64,000 nucleotides of DNA, from NCBI GenBank assembly GCA_963822445.1, contig CAWGHO010000002.1, positions 288,001-352,000 of the forward strand. The letters run 5' to 3'. Position 1 is the first letter of the stretch; each line of letters begins with the position of its first letter. The notes under the pieces are model-generated. The model was not told the origin of the DNA. It saw nothing but the letters and a program-made list of their open reading frames with translations, and did not search any database. The stretch is from an uncultured Acidobacteriota bacterium (GTDB taxonomy: Bacteria > Acidobacteriota > Thermoanaerobaculia > Gp7-AA8). The position numbers and the translations under genes were made by a program. Positions 56,005 to 64,000 of this stretch are shown here, in pieces.

Positions 56005-59000
56005 ATGGAGGCCCCCGTGACGAACGTTCCGGCCGTACCGCAGGCAAACCGCCATGCCCTGATCGAAGCGCTGACCACCGTCGAGGGGAAGGTCGCCGCG
56101 GCCGTCGTGACACTGAGTGCGCTTGTCGCGATCGTCGAGAAAATCACAGGCTGGTTCGCCCAGCTGAGCAAGCTGCCTCAGCCCTGGCCGTGGTTGATTC
56201 TCGCGATTCTTTCCGCGTTGGGGATCATTCAATACGCGCGAATCGTCTACCGGCGCCGGCGAGCGCCTACGGCCACCGTGACCACGGCCTTCATCGGCGC
56301 GGAGCCGTTCCGCCAGCAGGACAAAAGCCGGTTTTTCGGTCGAAAAGCCGAGATCACCGACATCACCCGGAAGCTTACCGATCCCGATGTCCGGTTCTAC
56401 ATCCTCTACGGCCAGTCGGGTTGCGGCAAGACGTCCCTGGTGAGGGCCGGCCTGATCCCCGAGCTGGAAAGCGAAGCGAACGGCATGCGCTGCCTGTACG
56501 TCCGTTTCTATGACAAGCCCGAGGAGTCGTTGCTCACGGCGTTCCGCCTCGAGGGCTCCGAAGACACCGAGACAGGCGCGAAGGAAGCAGGCCGCCCCGA
56601 GCTGCTCGCGCAGTTGCGCCTTCTGCTGGCCGCGGACAAACGGCCGACGATCATTTTCATCGACCAGTTCGAAGAGTTTTTCACGGCGAACGTCGATCCG
56701 TCGGAACGAGAGCGGGTCCTCTGGTTCCTGGCCGAATGCATCAACAGCTCGGATCGCTATCTGCCTCGCATCGTGTTTTCCCTGCGCCGCGACTTCTTCG
56801 ATTGCATGACCCAACTGGAGTCGCATGTCGCCGATGTATTCCGGCAACCGAACCGGCGACGCATCGATCCCTTCAACGCAGCGCTCGCGCGCTACGTCAT
56901 CGAAGAATCACTCAAGCACGACGGCGTACAGTGGACAGAGGATCTGATCGCGAAGGTGATCGACGATCTTCAGATCGTGATCAGCGATGGTTCGGGAGGA
57001 CAGCACGAGCCGATCGTGCTTCCGGCCGAGCTGCAGATCGTCTGTCAGATGGTGCAACGCCGCAGTCTTGGCGATGTCCGCAAGTACCCCGGCAAGCAAC
57101 GCCTCCTGAGCGATTACGTCAGTGACGCGATCGAGACCAGCCCGAACCGGGACACAGCACGCCGTGTCTTGGCGTGCCTCATCCACCAGAACGGTATCAC
57201 CCGCTCGCATCCGAAAACGGCCGCCGAAGTTGCGCAGGCGATCACCAACGGCGAGGTGGCGCTGGTGGGCCGGCATCTTCACTACCTCGACAAAACATGC
57301 CGGTTGCTCAATGAAGTGCGGCGGGTAGAGACGGACGGCACAAGCGTCAGCGCTTATGAGCTCGCGCACGAATACCTGGTAGGCATCATCAACCAGCTCA
57401 CAGGCACGGTCATCGACGAGACGCGCCGCGCGAACATCCTGCTGCAGGAGTACCGGAACCGCAGCGTCGCGTTGGACCGGTCCCTCCGCATTCCCATCCG
57501 CGATGCGCGGCTAATCGAGAAACACACCAGTCAGCCTCTCACTGCCGATGACAGACGACTACTGCGCAGAAGCTACTATGCGTTCTCCGCAAGCGTCGTC
57601 GGATTCATCCTCCTACCGCTTGCCACCATCGTCACCTTCCGCCAAGGCACACTGCATCTGGCTAAACATCACCGCGATCGCGCCGCGTATGTGACGCTAA
57701 AGGTCGGTCTTCCATCGCTCGCGCCTCTTCTTGGCAGCGGGACGATCATGCTCGACACCGGTCTGGATCGATCCGAGTTCGATGAAACGCTCCATCCCGA
57801 GATCGATTCGAATCTGTGGCTGTGGGGACCAGTCGACTCGAAGAGGTGGGACGAACGTCTACGAAAGTCTCATGTGGCCTATCTCGCCAAGGAACTGGCA
57901 GATCTCAGTCAGGAAGACTACGTGGACGACAATGCGAGCCCGATGACCGTGCCGGAAACGCTGTTGGCCCTAGGCGCTCACCACGACGCCGTAAAGGCAG
58001 ATTTATTCAAGCGTCTGAAACACGATCCTGATTTCACGGGAATGTCGTTCCGGCAGGTCATCGATCGGCTGATCAACGATCTGAAGGTCGACCGAGCCAC
58101 GGTCGTCGCGGAAATGAAACGCAATCTCGTGGATCCGGACGTCGGGGACGCTTTAGTCGGGGAGCTGATTCGTCTCGGTGAAGTGGACAAGGCCACGCTG
58201 GAGGCGGTCGATCGGTTCGGGCTCGAATCAGCACCTATCGCGACCGGCAGCGATGAAGTCGGCGTCCCCGCGCGGCTCGCACGGGTATCGCTGATCAAGC
58301 AGCGCTGGCACTTCCCTGTGCTGAAAGAGCATCTCGCCAAACAGCCTTATCCGGAATGGTTGCTGCCGATGCTTCGCAAATCCGTTGCGTCCCGCATCAC
58401 GACCACGGCCGCCGCCGCCATGGACATGTTGAGCGCGATCCCGAGCGAACGAGAGGAGCTCACGAAAACGTTGCGGGCAATCGTCGCGGCGGACCAGGCG
58501 TTTCCGCGCTCCACGTACATCCCGGGCCCTTCCGTCTCACTGATTGCCGCTGATCGGCTTCTTCGGTTATCCCCGTCCGACGAGAAGGCGATCCTCTTCA
58601 CCCTGCGAGCACTCGAATCATCGGTCGACGCGCTGATGGTCACGGAGATGATCAGCGAACGGCAGGTTCTCGACGAACGCGTCGTGAACAAGCTGCTGGA
58701 ACAGGTCTCACAGCTCCCGAGTGCGGACGTCCGAATGTACACGCTAGTGTCACTCGGGAATCGTGATGAGAAGGTGATGGGCGCGCTGCGGCGCGAACTG
58801 GCTTCCAAGGACTCCGACGTGGCTTTGACGGTGGCGTCCCGTCTGATCAGCCTCGGCATCGAGAAAGATGCCGTGCATGAGCGTTTGATGATCATCGCTC
58901 GGGACAAAAATATGGGCCAGGCCATGGTCGCCGCACGACTGCTCTGGAAAATCGGGTTGCCGCGCGAGACCGCGAAAGAAATATTGATGAAAGGCGTACG

Positions 59001-59535
59001 AGACGGACGCCAGGGCTCGCTGAGGTTCGCAACGGAAACGTTGATCGAGATGGACGTTGACCGGAACGAGCTCATCGCGGCCGTGCGTGCTCGTTTGAGC
59101 GGAAAAGGGGCGGACCCCGCATCGGCCGCGGCGATGCTCGCGAAGCTCGATGCCCGCGATACGGCCAGCATCGAGGCCCTTCGAACGGCTATCGACGACG
59201 ACGACGATGAAGTGCCGCGGTCCGTCTCCACTGCATTCGCCAAGCTGGCTCTCGTTTTACCGAAAGAAGGTTTCGAGTCCGCGTGCGCCCGGCTGACCGC
59301 GGAGCTCAGGTCGAAGAGCGCTGTGCGCTCCGCCGCTTATCGGCGAAGTGTGGAGGTGGCTCTGGCGGAGACTGCGGCGACTCAGCGCAGGGCCGGCGGC
59401 GACTCCTCGATCGACCCACTCCTGAAGCGCCTCGAGGAAATCCGCAAGACCGGACTCCTTCACGAACAGCTGGCAGCATCCCGCGTTGCGTACGCGATCC
59501 GCGACGCACGCTATGATCGAATTTCGGAGCTCTAA
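56005..59535 (+). CDS. Membrane-anchored nSTAND1-type NTPase with C-terminal HEAT-like repeats
   Basis: [40 protein letters not shown]; hydrophobic segments before and after the NTPase. Confidence 0.85.
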   Translation: MEAPVTNVPAVPQANRHALIEALTTVEGKVAAAVVTLSALVAIVEKITGWFAQLSKLPQPWPWLILAILSALGIIQYARIVYRRRRAPTATVTTAFIGAEPFRQQDKSRFFGRKAEITDITRKLTDPDVRFYILYGQSGCGKTSLVRAGLIPELESEANGMRCLYVRFYDKPEESLLTAFRLEGSEDTETGAKEAGRPELLAQLRLLLAADKRPTIIFIDQFEEFFTANVDPSERERVLWFLAECINSSDRYLPRIVFSLRRDFFDCMTQLESHVADVFRQPNRRRIDPFNAALARYVIEESLKHDGVQWTEDLIAKVIDDLQIVISDGSGGQHEPIVLPAELQIVCQMVQRRSLGDVRKYPGKQRLLSDYVSDAIETSPNRDTARRVLACLIHQNGITRSHPKTAAEVAQAITNGEVALVGRHLHYLDKTCRLLNEVRRVETDGTSVSAYELAHEYLVGIINQLTGTVIDETRRANILLQEYRNRSVALDRSLRIPIRDARLIEKHTSQPLTADDRRLLRRSYYAFSASVVGFILLPLATIVTFRQGTLHLAKHHRDRAAYVTLKVGLPSLAPLLGSGTIMLDTGLDRSEFDETLHPEIDSNLWLWGPVDSKRWDERLRKSHVAYLAKELADLSQEDYVDDNASPMTVPETLLALGAHHDAVKADLFKRLKHDPDFTGMSFRQVIDRLINDLKVDRATVVAEMKRNLVDPDVGDALVGELIRLGEVDKATLEAVDRFGLESAPIATGSDEVGVPARLARVSLIKQRWHFPVLKEHLAKQPYPEWLLPMLRKSVASRITTTAAAAMDMLSAIPSEREELTKTLRAIVAADQAFPRSTYIPGPSVSLIAADRLLRLSPSDEKAILFTLRALESSVDALMVTEMISERQVLDERVVNKLLEQVSQLPSADVRMYTLVSLGNRDEKVMGALRRELASKDSDVALTVASRLISLGIEKDAVHERLMIIARDKNMGQAMVAARLLWKIGLPRETAKEILMKGVRDGRQGSLRFATETLIEMDVDRNELIAAVRARLSGKGADPASAAAMLAKLDARDTASIEALRTAIDDDDDEVPRSVSTAFAKLALVLPKEGFESACARLTAELRSKSAVRSAAYRRSVEVALAETAATQRRAGGDSSIDPLLKRLEEIRKTGLLHEQLAASRVAYAIRDARYDRISEL

Positions 59536-59559
59536 TCCCCGTTACCCCACCCGACTCTC

Positions 59560-60984
59560 ATGCTCGACAAGTTCCATGAAGAATGCGGTGTCTTCGGCGT
59601 CCTCGGCCGGCCGGACGCGGCGAACCTCGTCTATCTGGGGCTGTACGCGCTGCAGCATCGCGGGCAGGAGAGCGCGGGCATTGCCGCGGTCGCGGATGAC
59701 GGGCGGATCCTTTCCGAGAAGGACATGGGTTACGTCGCGGACATCTTCACGCAGGAGCGGCTCGGGAAGCTGCCCGGGGACACGGCCATCGGGCACGTGC
59801 GTTACTCCACGGCCGGCGGGTCGATGCTCTGCAACGCCCAGCCGATCGTCGCCTTCACCAGCAAGGGTTCCATCGCCGTCGCGCACAACGGGAACCTCAC
59901 CAACGGCGAAGCGCTGCGGCAGCAACTCGAAGCCGAAGGGGCGATTTTCAACTCGACCGCCGACAGCGAGCTCTTCGTCCATCTGATCGCTCGCAGCCGC
60001 GCCAGCGATCTCGAGGGCGCGTTCGTCGAGGCGCTGAGCAAGGTCCAGGGCGCGTACGCCGTGGCCCTGCTTGCGCCGGGACAGATCTTCGCCGCGCGCG
60101 ATCCCATGGGCTTCCGCCCGCTCGTTCTGGGCAAGCTCGAAGACTCGTACGCCATCTCCTCCGAAACCTGTGCGTTCGATCTCATCGGCGCGGAAACGAT
60201 TCGCGAGATCGGCGCAGGCGAAGTGATCGCCATCGACAGAACCTGCGGCGTTCGCGTGGTCAGAGAAGCTCGCGCGTCCCGCGAGGCGCGGTGCATCTTC
60301 GAGCACGTCTACTTCGCGCGTCCCGACTCGGTCGTCTTCGGCAACAGCGTCGCCGAGACCCGGCAGCGCTTCGGCGCGCAACTGGCCCGCGAGCATCCGG
60401 CCGTCGCGGACGTGGTCGTGCCCGTGCCCGACTCCGGCGTCTTCGCGGCGCTCGGCTACGCGCAGGAAGCAGGCATTCCCTTCCAGTACGGCCTGGTCCG
60501 CAATCACTACGTCGGCCGCACGTTCATCGAGCCGAAGCAGACCATCCGCAGCTTCGGCGTGAAGGTGAAGCTCAACCCCGTCCGCGAGCTCGTGGCCGGC
60601 AAGCGGGTGATTCTCATCGACGACTCGATCGTCCGCGGCACGACCTCCAAGAAAATCGTGCGCATGCTGAAGGATGCCGGCGCGGCGGAAGTGCACATGC
60701 GGATCTCCTCGCCACCGACGTCCTGGCCCTGCTACTACGGCATCGACACGCCGGAGCGGCAGGACCTGATCGCCAGCTCGCAATCGAACGACGAGATCCG
60801 CGCGTTCATCGAAGCGGACTCCCTCGGATATCTCTCCGAGGAAGGGTTGCTCGAGGCTGTCCGCAAGGATGGCGACGATCCGCGCTCGCTCTACTGCACC
60901 GCGTGCTTCAGCGGGAACTACCTGGCGGAATCCGATCCTCGTCGCGCACCCCGCGAAGTCCCGGTCGCGGCGGCGAAGGCCTGA
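59560..60984 (+). CDS. purF: Amidophosphoribosyltransferase
   Basis: Propeptide then CGVFG, QHRGQE, DDSIVRGTT, CTACF. Confidence 0.97.
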   Translation: MLDKFHEECGVFGVLGRPDAANLVYLGLYALQHRGQESAGIAAVADDGRILSEKDMGYVADIFTQERLGKLPGDTAIGHVRYSTAGGSMLCNAQPIVAFTSKGSIAVAHNGNLTNGEALRQQLEAEGAIFNSTADSELFVHLIARSRASDLEGAFVEALSKVQGAYAVALLAPGQIFAARDPMGFRPLVLGKLEDSYAISSETCAFDLIGAETIREIGAGEVIAIDRTCGVRVVREARASREARCIFEHVYFARPDSVVFGNSVAETRQRFGAQLAREHPAVADVVVPVPDSGVFAALGYAQEAGIPFQYGLVRNHYVGRTFIEPKQTIRSFGVKVKLNPVRELVAGKRVILIDDSIVRGTTSKKIVRMLKDAGAAEVHMRISSPPTSWPCYYGIDTPERQDLIASSQSNDEIRAFIEADSLGYLSEEGLLEAVRKDGDDPRSLYCTACFSGNYLAESDPRRAPREVPVAAAKA

Positions 60985-61561
60985 CCTCGGGCGTCGCGTC
61001 GATGGCTCGCGGCACGTCCTTCACTTCGGCGATGAGCTCGTCGAACAGCGACCGGTAGTGCAGCATCGCTTGGCGCAGATCCTCGGTCGAGCTGCTTCCG
61101 GGCGCGCCGCCGATCACGCGATGGCCGGCGCGGTAATGCTCGATCACGCGCGGATGTGTGACGGAGAGTTGCGCGGCGTGTTTCTCGAAGTCACCCATCG
61201 GATAGCCGCGGACGCGCATCATGTCCGCGACGAGCTCGTCGGCTTCGACCACGGCGGTCGTGGGACGCTCGATGAAGCGCTGTTCGATCAACGACCAGTC
61301 GCCGCGGAAACGGTCGCGCTCGGCGACGGTGAACGGGCGGATGTTGTACTTGTTCACTTCGTCGACGCGAGCCAGCAACTCCTGCTCAGCATGCTTGCGC
61401 TTGCCGGTTTCCTGCACGACGTGGTCGTACTCCGCGCCGAACTTGTCGCGTAACTGTTCCGTCCGGGCCCGGCGCGAACCGCGAGCGATGAGGCCGGCTA
61501 CGACGATCAGCGCCAGCGCGCCGACGGCAATCCATATCCAGAGTGGGTCTATTGCGGGCAT
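60908..61561 (-). CDS. Conserved hypothetical membrane-anchored protein
   Basis: GAGGAGG-like RBS, N-terminal TM, RGYP and TEDLRQAMLHYRSLFDEL motifs. Confidence 0.8.
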   Translation of the reverse strand: MPAIDPLWIWIAVGALALIVVAGLIARGSRRARTEQLRDKFGAEYDHVVQETGKRKHAEQELLARVDEVNKYNIRPFTVAERDRFRGDWSLIEQRFIERPTTAVVEADELVADMMRVRGYPMGDFEKHAAQLSVTHPRVIEHYRAGHRVIGGAPGSSSTEDLRQAMLHYRSLFDELIAEVKDVPRAIDATPEVRPSPPRPGLRGVRDEDRIPPGSSR

Positions 61562-61612
61562 GAGTACACCTCCGAGGAAGTGAAGGGCAAGAAGAGGGCC
61601 CGGAAGTACGTC

Positions 61613-64000
61613 CTACGCGCTGAACCGCGGCTCGCGGCGCACGAGCAACCTCTGTTCGAGGAGCGTCCGCGACAGATCGTCGGGAGTCGTGGGCCGGCCA
61701 AAGTAGTACCCCTGACCCTCGTCGCAATTTTTGCCGCGCAGGAAAGCGAACTGTTCCGCGGTCTCCACGCCCTCCGCGATCACCCGAAGGCGGAGGCTGC
61801 GGGCCATGCCGATGACGGCGGAAACGATCGCGGCGTCTCCCTCATCCGTGACGAGATCGTGCACGAACGCGCGATCGATCTTCACCGCGGTGAGCGGGAA
61901 ACGCTTCAGGTAGTTCAGCGACGAATAGCCCATGCCGAAGTCGTCGATGGAGATGCCGACGCCGATGTCGCGCAACGCGCGCAGGACGTCGACGGTCACT
62001 TCCGCGTTCTGCATCGCCGTGGTCTCGGTGATCTCCAGCTCCAGGTACGACGGATCGAGCTCCACTTCCGCGAGCGCGTTGCGAACCATCTCCACGAGGT
62101 CCTGCTGCGCGAACTGCCGCGCGGACAGGTTCACGGCGATGCGGATCGGACCCGCGCCGCGGTCATGCCAGGCCTTGGTCTGTTTGCACGCGGTGCGCAG
62201 GACCCATTCGCCGAGGGGGACGATGAGACGCGACTCCTCGGCGATGGGGATGAACGACGCCGGCATGACCATGCCCCGTTCCGGATCGTTCCAGCGCACC
62301 AGCGCTTCGACGCCGATCGTCCGTCCGGTCACGAGATTGATCTGCGGCTGATACGCGAGGATGAGCTGATCGTCGCGGATGGCCGTTCGCAGACGCGCCT
62401 CGAGCGACAGTCGCTCCATGGCCCGCTGCTTCATCTCGCCCGTGCAGAGCTGGTACGTGTTCCGCCCCGATTCCTTGGCGCGGTACATCGCGCTGTCGGC
62501 GTTGCGAAGCAGTGACTCCGGATCCGTTCCGTCGACGGGATAAAGCGAGATGCCGATGCTCGCCGTGACGACGATGGGCATGTTGCCGATGGTGATCGGC
62601 ACCTGCACCCGTTCGAGAATTTTCTGGGCGACGTCCACCGCGTCTTCGGGCTGGCGCAGCTCGGCGAGGATGACCGTGAACTCGTCTCCTCCGAGCCGCG
62701 CGACGGTGTCGTCTTCGCGCACGCAATCGCGCAGGCGGCGGGCCATCTCCAGGAGCAGCTCGTCGCCGGCGGTGTGGCCGAGGGTGTCGTTGATGGTCTT
62801 GAAGTGATCGATGTCGATGAACATCACCGCCACCGAACGGCCGGTGCGTTTCGAGCGGGTCATGCTGTGCCGCAGGCGATCGGTGAAGAGCTTGCGGTTC
62901 GGCAGATGGGTGAGCACGTCGTGATACGCGTGGAACTCGATCTGTTCTTCGGCGCGTTTCCGGTCGCTGATGTCGACGACCGTCGCGTGGACGATGCCGG
63001 AGTCGACCTGCACGAGGTTCTGCAGCACCCAGATCGGCATGCCGTCGGCGCGGCGCAACTCCACTTCGACGCTGTTCAGCGTTCCCGCGCTGTCGAGAAG
63101 CACACCCAACTCGTCCGACTCCTCGGAACGCGCGTAAAGGCGCCTGAGAGGCGTGCCGGCGAGCTCTCCCCGCTTGAAGCCGAGCATCGTCGCGAACGTG
63201 GCGTTGCAGTCGACGATGTATCCGCTGGGACCGCTCACGCAGACGCCGGCAGCGTTCTGCTCGAACAGCAGCCTGTATCGCGCTTCCGAATCGCGTAACG
63301 CGGCCTCCGCTGCAAAACGAGCCGTGACATCGCGGAAGCTCCAGACCCGGATGGTGAACTCGTCCTCGATCGTGCGGCCGATGGAGTAACGCTCGAAACG
63401 CCGGCCGTCGGCGAGCTCGAGCAGATCGAAGCTCTCCGCCTCGGGACGCGAACGCAGCTCGACGAAGGTCTGCTCGAAGTCGGCCGGAATCGAAACCTGC
63501 TCGAAGAGCCGCTTCAGCGTGCGGAGATCGTCGCGGCTCTCGACGATGTCCTGCGGGATGCGCCACATGTCGAGAAAGCGCTGGTTGTAAGAGACGATGC
63601 GGCCGCCTTCGCCGATCACGAGGATGCCGTCGGCGGTCGAGTCGAGCGTCGACTGCAGCAGCGTCACGGCCTGCAGGACTTCACGCTCGGCGCGTTTGCG
63701 GTCGCGGATGTCGCGGCCGATGATCACCGCGCCTGCCGACTGTCCGTCGTGGATGACCGGTGCAATGGAAAGAGTGAGATCGACGCGCTCACCGATCTTC
63801 GTCGCGAACACGTATTCATCGTTGCGCAACGAGCGCCGTTGCAGCTTCGACGAAAGGTCGCCGGTCTGCGCGAGGAGCTCGTCGATCCGCTTGCCGGCCA
63901 GTTCGCTCTCGCTGTAGCCGAGCAAGGTGGCGGCGGCGCGATTGGCGAACTCGATGCGGCCGTCGCGTCCGCACACGAACAGCGCGTCGGCCATCGTCCC
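61613..64000 (-). CDS. PAS-GGDEF-EAL diguanylate cyclase/phosphodiesterase, 5' part outside the window
   Basis: Three PAS-like domains, REDD..GGDEF, EAL, DDFGMG. Confidence 0.95.
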   Translation of the reverse strand, partial: GTMADALFVCGRDGRIEFANRAAATLLGYSESELAGKRIDELLAQTGDLSSKLQRRSLRNDEYVFATKIGERVDLTLSIAPVIHDGQSAGAVIIGRDIRDRKRAEREVLQAVTLLQSTLDSTADGILVIGEGGRIVSYNQRFLDMWRIPQDIVESRDDLRTLKRLFEQVSIPADFEQTFVELRSRPEAESFDLLELADGRRFERYSIGRTIEDEFTIRVWSFRDVTARFAAEAALRDSEARYRLLFEQNAAGVCVSGPSGYIVDCNATFATMLGFKRGELAGTPLRRLYARSEESDELGVLLDSAGTLNSVEVELRRADGMPIWVLQNLVQVDSGIVHATVVDISDRKRAEEQIEFHAYHDVLTHLPNRKLFTDRLRHSMTRSKRTGRSVAVMFIDIDHFKTINDTLGHTAGDELLLEMARRLRDCVREDDTVARLGGDEFTVILAELRQPEDAVDVAQKILERVQVPITIGNMPIVVTASIGISLYPVDGTDPESLLRNADSAMYRAKESGRNTYQLCTGEMKQRAMERLSLEARLRTAIRDDQLILAYQPQINLVTGRTIGVEALVRWNDPERGMVMPASFIPIAEESRLIVPLGEWVLRTACKQTKAWHDRGAGPIRIAVNLSARQFAQQDLVEMVRNALAEVELDPSYLELEITETTAMQNAEVTVDVLRALRDIGVGISIDDFGMGYSSLNYLKRFPLTAVKIDRAFVHDLVTDEGDAAIVSAVIGMARSLRLRVIAEGVETAEQFAFLRGKNCDEGQGYYFGRPTTPDDLSRTLLEQRLLVRREPRFSA

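Noticed and set aside
55327-56847. Long N-terminal extensions and overlap of hppD and the STAND gene in the ORF track
   Set aside because: Homology starts at 55878 (-) and 56005 (+); the extensions are open frames in GC-rich DNA

Overview
High-GC bacterial chromosomal segment. Gene content (ECF43-type sigma/kinase pair, TolB-like kinase, CSLREA giant protein, DUF5916, addiction-module TA) suggests Acidobacteriota, probably Thermoanaerobaculia (inference). Housekeeping genes: nadE, nnr, tsaE, purL, purF, can, and a tyrosine catabolic operon hppD-hmgA-ORF-fahA. These are interleaved with accessory DNA: two islets with degenerate attC-like boundaries, two toxin-antitoxin pairs, a REP-flanked RAYT transposase, an RND efflux operon and a membrane-anchored nSTAND1-HEAT protein. 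Most notable: (1) a WD40 receptor kinase + phospho-type ECF sigma divergent from a ~3065-aa surface protein with duplicated propeller modules and an unnamed triple 'AxHxxE/QxR' C-terminal domain; (2) a pervasive TANNNT-N6-9-start (leaderless) architecture, including back-to-back overlapping -10 boxes; (3) a conserved unknown enzyme in the missing maleylacetoacetate isomerase slot; (4) a relic second copy of the kinase 3' end. Several single-base frameshifts (near 15.8 kb and 32.7-37.6 kb) look like assembly indels. No rRNA, tRNA, CRISPR array or reverse transcriptase was recognised.
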